This document shows, piece by piece, positions 10,659-20,655 of a stretch of DNA of 27,609 nucleotides. Each line of letters opens with the position of its first letter. Positions within the stretch are counted from its first letter, which is position 1. The position numbers and the translations under genes are program-made. This stretch comes from Gammaproteobacteria bacterium (GTDB lineage Bacteria; Pseudomonadota; Gammaproteobacteria; Tenderiales; Tenderiaceae), in assembly GCA_024276775.1 (NCBI GenBank), contig JAJRWO010000050.1, positions 1-27,609 on the forward strand. The letters run 5' to 3'. The notes under the pieces are model-generated. The model did no database searches. It saw only the letters and a program-made list of their open reading frames with translations, and was not told the DNA's origin.

Positions 10659-10680
10659 AAATATATTCGGAGATATATTC

Positions 10681-11862
10681 ATGTCTGTAATTAAAATGGT
10701 GGACCTCGGTCTGGCTGGAAAGCGTGTTCTGATTCGTCAGGATCTGAACGTTCCAGTTAAAGACGGTAAAGTGACTTCAGATGCGCGTATTCGTGCTTCG
10801 CTACCCACCATTCAGAAATCCCTGGAAGCGGGTGCGGCAGTGATGGTTATGTCTCACCTGGGTCGTCCTACTGAAGGTGAATATGCTGAAGAATTTTCGC
10901 TGGCTCCTGTTGCCAGCCACTTGGGTGGATTGTTGGGTAAAGAGGTTAAGTTAGTCAAAAATTATCTTGATGGTGTGACTGTTGCTGCAGGTGAGGTGGC
11001 CATGCTGGAAAATGTTCGTTTTAATGTGGGTGAAAAGAAAAACGACGATACGTTGGCCAAAAAATACGCGGCACTGTGTGACGTGTTTGTCATGGATGCC
11101 TTTGGTACTGCGCATCGTGCGCAAGGTTCTACCCATGGTGTGGCCAAGTTTGCACCGACTGCTTGCGCAGGTCCGTTATTGGCCGGTGAATTGGATGCTC
11201 TTGGTAAAGCGCTGGATAATCCTGCCCGGCCAATGGTTGCCATTGTTGGTGGTTCCAAGGTTTCAACCAAGTTGACTGTGTTGGAATCACTGTCTAAGGT
11301 TGTTGATCAGTTGATTGTTGGTGGTGGTATTGCCAATACTTTTATTGCGGCGGCGGGTCATAATGTTGGTAAGTCCCTTTATGAAGCTGATTTGATGGGA
11401 ATATGTAAAAAGTTGAGTGCCAATGCTAAGGCTCGTGGTGGTGGTATTCCTGTTCCAACGGATGTTGTCTGTGCAAAAGAGTTTTCTGAAACGGCTGTCG
11501 CCGAATTAATGTCGGCTGCAGATGTTAAGGATGACGATATGATTTTCGATATTGGGCCAGAGAGTGGCAAGGCGCTGGCCGAAATTTTGAAAACTGCTGG
11601 AACGATTGTTTGGAATGGTCCTGTTGGTGTCTTTGAATTTGATCAGTTTGGTGAAGGCACCAAGGCAATTGCAATGGCCATTGCTGACTCGGATGCATTC
11701 TCAATTGCCGGTGGTGGTGATACTCTTGCGGCAGTTGATAAGTATGGGATTGCTGATAAGGTATCTTATATCTCTACTGGCGGTGGTGCCTTTCTGGAGT
11801 TTCTGGAAGGCAAAAAATTGCCAGCAGTGGCGATTCTTGAAGAGCGCGGCGCGACTAGTTAA
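10681..11862 (+). CDS. pgk: Phosphoglycerate kinase
   Basis: [63 protein letters not shown] and [16 protein letters not shown] at 10681 with GGAG RBS (the ORF track starts at 10570). Confidence 0.98.
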   Translation: MSVIKMVDLGLAGKRVLIRQDLNVPVKDGKVTSDARIRASLPTIQKSLEAGAAVMVMSHLGRPTEGEYAEEFSLAPVASHLGGLLGKEVKLVKNYLDGVTVAAGEVAMLENVRFNVGEKKNDDTLAKKYAALCDVFVMDAFGTAHRAQGSTHGVAKFAPTACAGPLLAGELDALGKALDNPARPMVAIVGGSKVSTKLTVLESLSKVVDQLIVGGGIANTFIAAAGHNVGKSLYEADLMGICKKLSANAKARGGGIPVPTDVVCAKEFSETAVAELMSAADVKDDDMIFDIGPESGKALAEILKTAGTIVWNGPVGVFEFDQFGEGTKAIAMAIADSDAFSIAGGGDTLAAVDKYGIADKVSYISTGGGAFLEFLEGKKLPAVAILEERGATS

Positions 11863-11874
11863 ATAATATGCATA

Positions 11875-11908
11875 ATTTCCGGGGATTTGGTCTCGGAGGT
11901 TTTGATTT
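11875..11908 (+). terminator. Terminator-like hairpin after pgk
   Basis: ATTTCCGGGG-ATTTGG-TCTCGGAGGT (11875-11900; 10 pairs, 4 G-U), followed by TTTGATTT. Confidence 0.45.
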
Positions 11909-11929
11909 ATAATGACAATAATGATTATT
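11908..11929 (+). promoter_or_regulatory. Perfect TATAAT overlapped by a Fur-box-like sequence upstream of pyk
   Basis: TATAAT at 11908-11913. TATAATGACAATAATGATT (11908-11926) matches 14/19 positions of GATAATGATAATCATTATC. An overlapping inverted repeat AATAAT-G-ATTATT spans 11917-11929. No good -35. Confidence 0.35.
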
Positions 11930-11947
11930 TAGGTATTAACCCAAAAT

Positions 11948-13402
11948 ATGTTTAGACGCACAAAAATTGTTGCAACCTTAGGCCCGGCTACAGATGACCC
12001 TAAGATTCTGGATGATTTGATTCAGGCGGGCGTGGATGTAGTGCGCGCAAATTTCTCTCATGGTTCTGCTGAGGATCATATTCGACGTACCGAGGCTGTT
12101 CGTAATCGCGCTAGGGCTCATGGGCGTCAAGTAGGTGTGTTGGCTGACTTGCAGGGACCTAAAATTCGTACTGATCGTTTTAAAAATGGCAAGGTTGAGT
12201 TGATCGAAGGAGATCAATTCATCCTCGATGCTGCCTGTGGTAAGGAAGATGGTAATCAGGAACGTGTCGGTCTGACATATAAAGAGTTACCCAATGATGT
12301 CAACCGTGGTGATACCTTATTGCTGGATGATGGTCGTATTGTCCTTTGGGTTGAAGAGGTGGCCGGGCAAGAGATTATCTGTAAGGTACAGGTGGGCGGA
12401 ATCTTGTCAAATAACAAAGGCATTAACCGCATGGGTGGCGGTTTGTCAGCCGCTGCTGTGACAGACAAAGACAGAGCTGATATCAAAACTGCCGCATCAA
12501 TGAAGGCTGACTATGTCGCGATTTCGTTTCCTCGTTGTGCGGCGGATGTTCACCTTGCGCGTGAGTTGTTGCGCGAGGCGGGTGGTCACGGTGGTATCGT
12601 AGCCAAAATTGAACGTGCTGAGGCCATTGATGATATTGAAGCAATCGTCGCCGCCTCTGATGCTATTATGGTGGCGCGAGGTGATTTGGGTGTTGAGATT
12701 GGTGATGCTGAACTGCCTGCGGTACAAAAGAAATTAATCAAGATTGCTCGTCAGATGAATCGCGTTGTTATTACGGCGACCCAGATGATGGAAAGTATGA
12801 TTGAAAATCCAATTCCGACACGTGCAGAGGTATTTGATGTTGCTAATGCAGTGTTGGATGGTACTGATGCGGTGATGTTGTCGGCTGAAACGGCAGCCGG
12901 TAAGTATCCGGCCAAAGCGGTTGCAGCCATGGGGCGTATATGTATCAGCGCAGAGAAGGAAGAGCTAGCCAGTAGTTCTGATCATCGTATCCACACTCAA
13001 TTTAGTCGTGTTGATGAAGCGATTGCTATGTCAGCTATGTACGCAGCTAATCATTTAGGTGTGAAGGCAATTGCTTGTTTGACTGAGTCTGGGGCAACAC
13101 CCTTATGGATGTCACGAATCAGCTCAGGCATTCCTATTTATTCAATGACACCACATGTTGAGACTCGACGTAAGGTCACCTTGTATCGCGGTGTTTGTCC
13201 GGTAAGTTTTGCCGTTACTTCAACAGACCATGCCACCATCAATAAAGAAGCGGTGGATGAACTGTTGCGCCGTGGCGCTGTGCGTGATGGTGATCGTGTG
13301 ATTATTACCAAGGGTGATTTAATGGGTGAAATGGGCGGTACTAATGCGATGAGAATTATTCGTGTGGGTGATATGAATGAACCTTCACCGATAGAAGCGT
13401 GA
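11948..13402 (+). CDS. pyk: Pyruvate kinase (PykA-like)
   Basis: [88 protein letters not shown]. Confidence 0.97.
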   Translation: MFRRTKIVATLGPATDDPKILDDLIQAGVDVVRANFSHGSAEDHIRRTEAVRNRARAHGRQVGVLADLQGPKIRTDRFKNGKVELIEGDQFILDAACGKEDGNQERVGLTYKELPNDVNRGDTLLLDDGRIVLWVEEVAGQEIICKVQVGGILSNNKGINRMGGGLSAAAVTDKDRADIKTAASMKADYVAISFPRCAADVHLARELLREAGGHGGIVAKIERAEAIDDIEAIVAASDAIMVARGDLGVEIGDAELPAVQKKLIKIARQMNRVVITATQMMESMIENPIPTRAEVFDVANAVLDGTDAVMLSAETAAGKYPAKAVAAMGRICISAEKEELASSSDHRIHTQFSRVDEAIAMSAMYAANHLGVKAIACLTESGATPLWMSRISSGIPIYSMTPHVETRRKVTLYRGVCPVSFAVTSTDHATINKEAVDELLRRGAVRDGDRVIITKGDLMGEMGGTNAMRIIRVGDMNEPSPIEA

Positions 13403-13455
13403 TAAATTTTTTTAAATAGTTTCGTAACAACAATCTTAAGTGTGAGGAGATTACA

Positions 13456-14493
13456 ATGGCTCTAGTTTCAATGCGTCAATTGCTGGATTATGCAGCTGAA
13501 AATGACTTCGGTCTGCCAGCTTTCAATGTAAACAATATGGAGCAGGTTCACGCTATCATGCAAGCGGCTGATGCCGTTGATGCGCCTGTTATCATGCAGG
13601 GTTCTGCGGGCGCGCGTGCTTATGCAGGCGAACCTTTCCTGCGTCATCTGATTATCGCTGCAACGGAAATGTATCCACATATCCCTGTTTGTATGCATCA
13701 GGATCACGGTGCTTCGCCAGATGTTTGTTTTCGTTCTATCCAGTCAGGTTTTACTTCTGTGATGATGGATGGTTCTTTAATGGCGGATGGTAAGACACCG
13801 TCATCTTTTGAGTATAATGTTGAAGTCACCAAGCAGGTTGCTGATCTTGCTCATGCCTGTGGTGTCTCTGTTGAGGGCGAACTGGGCTGTCTGGGTTCTC
13901 TGGAAACAGGCATGATGGGGGAGGAAGACGGACATGGCGCTGAAGGCAAGCTTGATATGGATATGTTGTTGACAGATCCTCAGGAAGCTAAGACGTTCGT
14001 AGAGCTGACGAACTGTGATGCGCTGGCGATTGCGATTGGGACCTCTCATGGTGCTTACAAATTTACAAACAAGCCAACGGGTGATGTGTTGCGAATCGAT
14101 CGTATTAAAGAAATCCATACTGTGATTCCTAATACTCATTTGGTCATGCATGGCTCTTCTTCTGTGCCGCAGGAGTGGCTGGCAATTATCAATGAGTTTG
14201 GCGGTGAAATGGGACAAACGTATGGTGTCCCTGTTGAAGAAATTATTGAAGGCATCAAGTCTGGTGTGCGTAAAGTGAATATTGATACTGACTTGCGTAT
14301 GGCTTCTACGGGTGCTATTCGTCGTCATTTGCATGAAAATAAGTCTAACTTCGATCCGCGCAAGGCGTTTAAAGCCTCGACTGAGGCAATGTCTCAGATC
14401 TGTAAGAGCCGCTATGAATCATTTGGTGCAGCGGGTCATGCATCAAAAATTACAGCCAAATCTTTAGAGACGATGATCGACTTCTATAAATAA
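13456..14493 (+). CDS. fba: Class II fructose-bisphosphate aldolase, CbbA/'Calvin-cycle' subtype
   Basis: [69 protein letters not shown] and [21 protein letters not shown]. Confidence 0.96.
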   Translation: MALVSMRQLLDYAAENDFGLPAFNVNNMEQVHAIMQAADAVDAPVIMQGSAGARAYAGEPFLRHLIIAATEMYPHIPVCMHQDHGASPDVCFRSIQSGFTSVMMDGSLMADGKTPSSFEYNVEVTKQVADLAHACGVSVEGELGCLGSLETGMMGEEDGHGAEGKLDMDMLLTDPQEAKTFVELTNCDALAIAIGTSHGAYKFTNKPTGDVLRIDRIKEIHTVIPNTHLVMHGSSSVPQEWLAIINEFGGEMGQTYGVPVEEIIEGIKSGVRKVNIDTDLRMASTGAIRRHLHENKSNFDPRKAFKASTEAMSQICKSRYESFGAAGHASKITAKSLETMIDFYK

Positions 14494-14515
14494 GTTCACC
14501 ACTTAAATAGAACAG

Positions 14516-14543
14516 AAGGGCGGGTTTTATACCGCCCTTTTTA
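14516..14543 (+). terminator. Intrinsic terminator after fba
   Basis: AAGGGCGG-GTTTTATA-CCGCCCTT, followed by TTTAT. Confidence 0.8.
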
Positions 14544-14559
14544 TGGCATGACAAAAATG

Positions 14560-14588
14560 AAAAAACCGCTTTAAATGGCGGTTTTTTT
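14560..14588. terminator. Bidirectional intrinsic terminator between the convergent fba and ugd
   Basis: AAAAAACCGC-TTTAAATG-GCGGTTTTTT, with A and T tracts on both sides. Confidence 0.85.
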
Positions 14589-14611
14589 GTTTGAGGCGCG
14601 GCTGTGTTTTA

Positions 14612-15778
14612 CTAATCTGATCCAAATAAATCGCGGCTAAAAACCTTGTTATGTACATCTTCCAGCTCTGGGCTCATGCGATTTGAAATGATGATGTCTG
14701 ACATGGCCTTAAACCCGTCCAGTTCTTTGATGACCTTTGAATGAAAAAAAACTGAATCATCCAAACCTGGTTCGTATACAACGACTTCAATGCCTTTTGC
14801 CTTGATGCGTTTCATTACGCCAAGGATAGAAGAAGCGCGGAAATTGTCTGAGCCGCTTTTCATGATCAGGCGGTAAACACCAACGATACGGGGGTTTTTG
14901 CTGATGATGGAATCGGCGATAAAATCTTTGCGGGTGGTGTTTGAATTGACAATAGCTTCAATAATATTATTAGGAATATCCTGATAGTTTGCCAATAACT
15001 GCTTAGTGTCTTTGGGTAAGCAATAACCGCCATAGCCAAAAGATGGGTTATTGTAATGTGTGCCAATACGCGGGTCTAGCCCCACGCCTTCGATAATTTG
15101 TCTGGAGTCCAGCCCGTGGCTGGCGGCATAGGTATCCAGTTCGTTAAAGTAGGCAACGCGCATCGCTAGATAGGTGTTGGAGAATAGTTTAATCGCTTCA
15201 GCTTCTGTTGAATGGGTGTATAGAACGGTGACATCCTTTTTTATCGCGCCTTGTGCTAACAGTGCGCCAAACGTCTCTGCCCGCTCAGATATTTCTCCTA
15301 CAACAATGCGCGAAGGATGTAAGTTGTCGTATAGTGCTTTGCCTTCTCTCAGAAATTCAGGCGAGAAGATAATATTGGCCTTGCTGTATGTCTGATTGAT
15401 TCTTTCGGTATAACCCACGGGAACGGTTGATTTAATCACCATCACCGCTGATGGGTTCATTTTGATGACATCCTCAATGACAGATTCTACTGTTGAGGTA
15501 TTAAAATAGTTGGTTTCCGAGTCGTAATCGGTAGGTGTTGAGATGATGATAAACTCAGCATCTTTGTAGGCCTGTTCTTTGTCCAGCGTCGCCGTTAGAT
15601 TGAGTGCTTTGTTGGCGAGAAAATCCTCAATCTCTGTGTCAGAGATGGGTGATTTTTTAGTGTTGATTAGATCGACTTTCTCTTGCATAACATCCAGACA
15701 AACGACTTCGTTATGCTGTGCCAACAATACCGCATTGGATAGGCCGACATAACCAGAGCCTACAACTGTAATTTTCAT
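14612..15778 (-). CDS. ugd: UDP-glucose 6-dehydrogenase
   Basis: [56 protein letters not shown], catalytic [10 protein letters not shown] and [11 protein letters not shown]; 388 aa, as in enterobacterial-type Ugd. Confidence 0.96.
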   Translation of the reverse strand: MKITVVGSGYVGLSNAVLLAQHNEVVCLDVMQEKVDLINTKKSPISDTEIEDFLANKALNLTATLDKEQAYKDAEFIIISTPTDYDSETNYFNTSTVESVIEDVIKMNPSAVMVIKSTVPVGYTERINQTYSKANIIFSPEFLREGKALYDNLHPSRIVVGEISERAETFGALLAQGAIKKDVTVLYTHSTEAEAIKLFSNTYLAMRVAYFNELDTYAASHGLDSRQIIEGVGLDPRIGTHYNNPSFGYGGYCLPKDTKQLLANYQDIPNNIIEAIVNSNTTRKDFIADSIISKNPRIVGVYRLIMKSGSDNFRASSILGVMKRIKAKGIEVVVYEPGLDDSVFFHSKVIKELDGFKAMSDIIISNRMSPELEDVHNKVFSRDLFGSD

Positions 15779-15805
15779 CTTGTTTCCTCGCTAGTGATGC
15801 GATGT

Positions 15806-16813
15806 TTACACCTTGTAATAATCTCGATACCAAGCAACAAAGTTGGCGATACCCTCTTCAATTGGCATGGCGGGTTTAAAGCCGACATCATTGATCAGGT
15901 CGTCAATATTGGCATAGGTGGCGGGTACGTCACCGGGTTGAAGCGGCAGCAGATTTTTCTCCGCCTTCATGCCCAGGCATTCTTCAATGATTTCAATAAA
16001 TCGTAGCAGTTCCACGGGTTGATTGTTGCCGATGTTGTAGATTTTGAAAGGCGCGTAGCTGGTGCTTGTGTCTGGGCAATCACCTGACCAGTCGGGATTC
16101 GGGCAGGCAACTTTGTCCAGGATACGGATGACACCTTCAACAATATCATCGATGTAAGTGAAGTCACGGCGACATTTACCATAGTTAAAGACATCAATCG
16201 GTTTCCCTTCGAGAATGGCTTTGGTAAACAAAAATAGAGCCATGTCAGGGCGTCCCCAAGGGCCATAGACGGTAAAGAAGCGCAGTCCGGTGGTGGGCAG
16301 TTGGTAGAGGTGGCTGTAGGTGTGCGCCATCAGTTCGTTGGCCTTTTTTGAGGCGGCATAGAGGCTCACTGGATGGTCGACATTATCATGTACAGAAAAG
16401 GGCATTTTGGTGTTGGCACCATAGACGGAGCTGCTGGATGCGTAGACCAGGTGTGCCACTTTGTTGTGGCGGCAGCCTTCAAGGATGTTGGTTGTGCCCT
16501 GGATATTACTGTCGATGTAGGCATGTGGGTTAATCAGCGAGTAGCGGACACCCGCTTGGGCAGCCAAATGCACAACCCTGTCAGGCTTGTGATCGCGAAA
16601 CAGTTTGGCGACACCGCTACGGTCTTCCAGATCCATGCGGACGTCGATAAAACCTTCTTTAGCCGTGAGCTGCGACAAGCGGTCTTTTTTGAGGTTGATA
16701 TCATAATAGTCATTTAAATTATCTAAGCCAACCACTTCATCGCCGCGGTCAAGCAGCCTGTGAGCAACATTGGAACCGATAAAACCAGCGGTGCCGGTAA
16801 TTAAAACTTTCAT
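15806..16813 (-). CDS. NAD-dependent epimerase, UDP-glucuronate 4-epimerase type
   Basis: [65 protein letters not shown] and QPGDV. Confidence 0.9.
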   Translation of the reverse strand: MKVLITGTAGFIGSNVAHRLLDRGDEVVGLDNLNDYYDINLKKDRLSQLTAKEGFIDVRMDLEDRSGVAKLFRDHKPDRVVHLAAQAGVRYSLINPHAYIDSNIQGTTNILEGCRHNKVAHLVYASSSSVYGANTKMPFSVHDNVDHPVSLYAASKKANELMAHTYSHLYQLPTTGLRFFTVYGPWGRPDMALFLFTKAILEGKPIDVFNYGKCRRDFTYIDDIVEGVIRILDKVACPNPDWSGDCPDTSTSYAPFKIYNIGNNQPVELLRFIEIIEECLGMKAEKNLLPLQPGDVPATYANIDDLINDVGFKPAMPIEEGIANFVAWYRDYYKV

Positions 16814-16831
16814 TGCAGGTGTCCTTGTCTG

Positions 16832-18112
16832 TTACAAGCGGCCATCAACGGCATCAGCGGGAAATAGATATTTGATATCGTAGATGACAGAATTTGCCTT
16901 GCCCAGTGCCTTGATTTTATCCAGCCCCATTTTTTTAAATTGACGATGGCTAACGGCCAGAATGATGGCATCATACTGACCATCAGCGGGCTTTTCGGTC
17001 ATCGGGGTGATGTTATATTCGTGTTCGGCTTCAGCAACGCTAACCCAAGGGTCGTAAATATCGATATGACAGTGGTAATCCTGGAACTCCTCAATGATGT
17101 CAATCACGCGAGTGTTGCGCAGATCAGGGCAGTCTTCCTTGAAGGTCAGTCCCATGATCAAAATTTTGGCGTCAACAACAGGGATGCGTTTTTTGGTCAT
17201 CAATTTGACCACTTGCTGAGTGGCGTAGGCACCCATGCCATCATTGACACGACGGCCAGCCAGAATCATTTCGGGATGGTAGCCAATTTCCTGAGCCTTG
17301 TGAGTTAGGTAATAGGGGTCGACACCAATGCAATGACCGCCCACCAAACCAGGGCGAAAGGGCAGAAAATTCCACTTGGTGCCAGCAGCCTTGAGAACCT
17401 CTTCGGTATCAATATCGAGACGGTTAAAGATCATCGCCAGTTCGTTGATCAGGGCAATATTAACATCGCGCTGAGTGTTTTCGATGACCTTGGCGGCTTC
17501 GGCGACACGAATGCTGCTGGCCTTATAGGTGCCGGCCTCGATGACAGTCAGGTATAAGGAATCAACAAAATCAGCAATCTCTGGGGTGGAACCTGAGGTG
17601 ACTTTCAGAATGTTGGTGACACGATGTTCCTTGTCGCCAGGGTTGATACGTTCAGGGCTGTAACCTGCAAAAAATTCTTTATTGTATGTCAGGCCTGAGC
17701 GGGCTTCTATGATTGGGATGCAGACCTCTTCGGTAGCGCCAGGATAAACAGTGGACTCAAAGATGATCACATCATCTTTTTTTATCAGCTTGCCTAGCAT
17801 CTGGCTGGCACTAATCAACGGGCTTAAATCAGGGCGTTTATGGCCGTCGATTGGTGTCGGCACTGTCACGATGTAGACATTACAGTCTTTCAGGTTATCA
17901 GGGGTGCTGGTATAGCTAAGCTGGGTTGCGCGGAGCAGTTCATCCGGTTCAACTTCCAGCGAGCTGTCCTTGCCGGCCTTTAATTCATCAATGCGTGCTT
18001 GATTGATGTCGAGACCGATGACAGGCATTTTTTTGCCGAACTCAACCGCCAGCGGCAGGCCGACATAACCCAGACCAATCATCCCTATTTTGATATTATC
18101 GAGAGTAAACAT
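16832..18112 (-). CDS. tviB: UDP-N-acetyl-D-glucosamine/galactosamine 6-dehydrogenase (TviB/WbpO family)
   Basis: [84 protein letters not shown] and [14 protein letters not shown]. Confidence 0.9.
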   Translation of the reverse strand: MFTLDNIKIGMIGLGYVGLPLAVEFGKKMPVIGLDINQARIDELKAGKDSSLEVEPDELLRATQLSYTSTPDNLKDCNVYIVTVPTPIDGHKRPDLSPLISASQMLGKLIKKDDVIIFESTVYPGATEEVCIPIIEARSGLTYNKEFFAGYSPERINPGDKEHRVTNILKVTSGSTPEIADFVDSLYLTVIEAGTYKASSIRVAEAAKVIENTQRDVNIALINELAMIFNRLDIDTEEVLKAAGTKWNFLPFRPGLVGGHCIGVDPYYLTHKAQEIGYHPEMILAGRRVNDGMGAYATQQVVKLMTKKRIPVVDAKILIMGLTFKEDCPDLRNTRVIDIIEEFQDYHCHIDIYDPWVSVAEAEHEYNITPMTEKPADGQYDAIILAVSHRQFKKMGLDKIKALGKANSVIYDIKYLFPADAVDGRL

Positions 18113-18247
18113 GAAATTCCCGAGTTTTTGTTAGCTATAAAATTCAGTTATACAGCGGCCAATGGCGTTAATAATTGAAAGTGGTTTTATTGTCAGGAAT
18201 GGGAATTATATAGCATTTGCAAATGGCACCCTGAAATTTAGTGTTTA

Positions 18248-18323
18248 TTTGGACGTTCTGATTAAGAAAAACGCAGTGCTAGCAGGGCTAAAGTGAGTGT
18301 TTTTCGATTGAAGAACGTCCAAA
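18248..18323 (+). repeat. Long imperfect inverted repeat in the tviB / cNMP-gene divergent intergenic region
   Basis: Perfect 12-bp arms TTTGGACGTTCT (18248-18259) / AGAACGTCCAAA (18312-18323). Inner arms GAAAAACGC (18266-18274) / GTGTTTTTC (18297-18305). Small inner hairpin TAGC-AGG-GCTA (18280-18290). Confidence 0.55.
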
Positions 18324-18667
18324 GAGACGCTAAAGCAGAAAGGCGAGTTGTTAATGTTATGTGATTTCCGTTCCTAAGTGTTTGGATGGTAAGTTTTTTA
18401 TGCCGTGGTGATTAATGCAAAGCGCTTTATTGCCGATATTTATTTTAGATTGAGGCTCAATGATAACGCTTGAGTAAAATTCTGCGATATTTAATTTAAA
18501 TCCTATGCTTTAGTTTTTTGTCAAGGATAGACCGCGTTGAGAAGATACCAAAACTACGCCTTTTAGTCAGTAGTCAATTTGATGTTTTTATTTTGCAATT
18601 TCAAAAGGTGTATACTGCTTTGTCATTATAAGTTGATAGCGGTCATTTGGTAAGGGGAGGGGGGTAA

Positions 18668-19141
18668 GTGTCTTCGTTATTATTTACGCTGCTGAATAAT
18701 CCTGATTTTAAAGAAGGTATTATGTGGCAGCGTGTTAGCTGGCAGGCTAATTCAACCATTTTTACAGAAGGTGATCAGGGTCGTGAAGTTTACTTGGTAT
18801 TAACGGGTGAATTGCGTGTTCTAGGCAAGGTTGATCTGGATGATCAGCGCAAAATACAACCGGGTTTTGGGACGTTTGCTAAAGGCGATATTTTTGGTGA
18901 AATGGTGATGTTTGATCATTTGCCTCGCTCGGCAACGGTGGTGAGTCTGACAGATGTAGAGCTGGCGATAATCAAGGCAGAAAATCTGTTTGTTTTTCTG
19001 GACAAACATCCTGATTGTGGCTATCCCATCATGAAAGAATTACTGTCTATCGTGGTGCAAAGACTGCGTAAAGCGAATCAACGAACTTTTTCTTTGTTTG
19101 CCTGGGGGCTTAAAAGTAAGGGTTTGGATAATCATCTGTGA
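18668..19141 (+). CDS. Stand-alone cyclic nucleotide-binding (CAP_ED/cNMP) domain protein with no HTH
   Basis: IFTEGDQGREVYLVLTGELRV, then the phosphate-binding cassette GDIFGEMVMFDHLPRSATV, then a long C-helix (IMKELLSIVVQRLRKAN). The protein ends at 157 aa. GTG start with GGGGAGG 7 nt upstream. Confidence 0.88.
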   Translation: MSSLLFTLLNNPDFKEGIMWQRVSWQANSTIFTEGDQGREVYLVLTGELRVLGKVDLDDQRKIQPGFGTFAKGDIFGEMVMFDHLPRSATVVSLTDVELAIIKAENLFVFLDKHPDCGYPIMKELLSIVVQRLRKANQRTFSLFAWGLKSKGLDNHL

Positions 19142-19213
19142 CCAGCAGTGACGTATGGTGCGGATTGACAACCCCTTTCAGTCAGGCTCAACAACAACGA
19201 CCTAATAATTATT

Positions 19214-20605
19214 ATGATAAGAATTTTTAGACATTTTGTACCCGTTTCGTTTATTTTATTGGTGCTCATTGAGTTGGTGTTATTTTATTTGGCAATTTAT
19301 ATCGGCGCAGAAATACGTTTCTGGGGCACTGATGTTGATGCCGAAATATTACCGCTGTGGCCGAAAGCATTATTGTTCTGTTCTGTTATTTTTGTTTCCA
19401 TGACAGCGATGGGATTATACAAAAACCTTTATCGCGAGGGGGTAAATGGCATAATACTTAGGTTGGTGGCAAGCATGGTGATTGCATTGGTTGCTATGAG
19501 CCTGTTGTTTTATCTGTTTCCATATTTATTCCTCGGTCGAGGCGCATTTGCTTGGTCATTTGCAATTGCAGTGACGGGGGTGATTGTGATCAGGGTTATA
19601 TTTATTAACAGTATTGGAAGTGCGATGCTCAAGCGTAATATTTTAGTGCTTGGGGCTGGAAAGCGAGCAGAGCAATTTAAAGTGCTGGAGTGCGGGAGTG
19701 ATCAGTTTGGTTTTAAAATTATTGGTTATGTGAAAATTGCCGGTGAGCGCGACGCCATACATGAAAACAGCGTTATTGAACTTGATGTGCCGCTAATCGA
19801 TTATGTTCAGGCGTATGATATTCAAGAGATTGTGGTTGCCTTGGAGGATAGACGTAAATCCTTTCCAATTGATGATCTGCTTGATTGCAAAATGAGCGGT
19901 ATTGATATCACTGAGGCCCTGTGTTTTTTTGAGCGTGAGACAGGTAAGGTGCGTCTGGAGACCTTGCGTCCAAGCTGGTTTATTTTCTCCGATGGCTTTC
20001 GTCATGCTGGTTTTCAATTAATGGTGAAACGTAGTTTTGATATTTTGGCCAGCAGTCTGATTTTATTCCTGACTTGGCCGGTTATGCTGGTGGCAGCGAT
20101 TGCCATTTTTATCGAAAATGGTTACAAAGGACCGGTCTTTTATAAACAAGTTAGGGTGGGACAGAATTGGCGCCTGTTTCAGGTATTTAAATTTCGCAGC
20201 ATGGTGGTGAATGCCGAGAAGGATGGCGCGCCTCAATGGGCGCAGAAAAATGACAGTCGTGTTACGCGTATCGGAAAATTTTTACGCCGCAGCCGTATAG
20301 ATGAGCTGCCTCAGATTTTCAATGTTTTAAAGGGGGATATGAGCTTTATTGGTCCGCGCCCGGAAAGGCCTGAATTTGTTGAGCCGTTGGCGGAGAAAAT
20401 TCCATACTACGCTGAACGTCATCGCGTTAAACCAGGCATTACCGGGTGGGCGCAAGTGCGTTATCCTTACGGCGCTTCGGATGACGATGCTCGTGAAAAA
20501 TTGCAATATGATCTGTATTATATCAAAAATTACAGCCTGTTTCTCGACTGTCTGATTATGTTTCAGACTGTTGAGGTCGTAATTTTTGGCGACGGTGCTC
20601 GTTAA
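19214..20605 (+). CDS. XrtA/PEP-CTERM system sugar transferase (TIGR03013-type, WcaJ-like priming glycosyl-1-phosphate transferase)
   Basis: N-terminus MIRIFRHF with TM helices; central ILVLGAG CoA-binding-like domain; FFERETGKV; C-terminal KRSFDI, FKFRSM, RIDELPQ, GDMSFIGPRPERPEF, VKPGITGWAQVRYPYG and KLQYDLYYIKN. It sits immediately before prsK. Confidence 0.92.
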   Translation: MIRIFRHFVPVSFILLVLIELVLFYLAIYIGAEIRFWGTDVDAEILPLWPKALLFCSVIFVSMTAMGLYKNLYREGVNGIILRLVASMVIALVAMSLLFYLFPYLFLGRGAFAWSFAIAVTGVIVIRVIFINSIGSAMLKRNILVLGAGKRAEQFKVLECGSDQFGFKIIGYVKIAGERDAIHENSVIELDVPLIDYVQAYDIQEIVVALEDRRKSFPIDDLLDCKMSGIDITEALCFFERETGKVRLETLRPSWFIFSDGFRHAGFQLMVKRSFDILASSLILFLTWPVMLVAAIAIFIENGYKGPVFYKQVRVGQNWRLFQVFKFRSMVVNAEKDGAPQWAQKNDSRVTRIGKFLRRSRIDELPQIFNVLKGDMSFIGPRPERPEFVEPLAEKIPYYAERHRVKPGITGWAQVRYPYGASDDDAREKLQYDLYYIKNYSLFLDCLIMFQTVEVVIFGDGAR

Positions 20606-20655
20606 GGTCTTGGTCGTAGCCGTCATCAGAATCAGTCACGATTTTTTATGTTCTC

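Noticed and set aside
18284-18336. Resemblance to a c-di-GMP-I (GEMM) riboswitch (AGGGCTAAA ... GACGCTAAAGC)
   Set aside because: Both conserved segments carry an extra T, the intervening hairpin has a GATT rather than GNRA loop and does not span the segment, and no P3/tetraloop receptor is visible.
18113-18667. Sigma54 promoter or ops/JUMPstart element in the EPS intergenic region
   Set aside because: TGGCAC (18224) and TGGCGT lack a correctly spaced -12 TTGC, and no GGCGGTAG is present on either strand.
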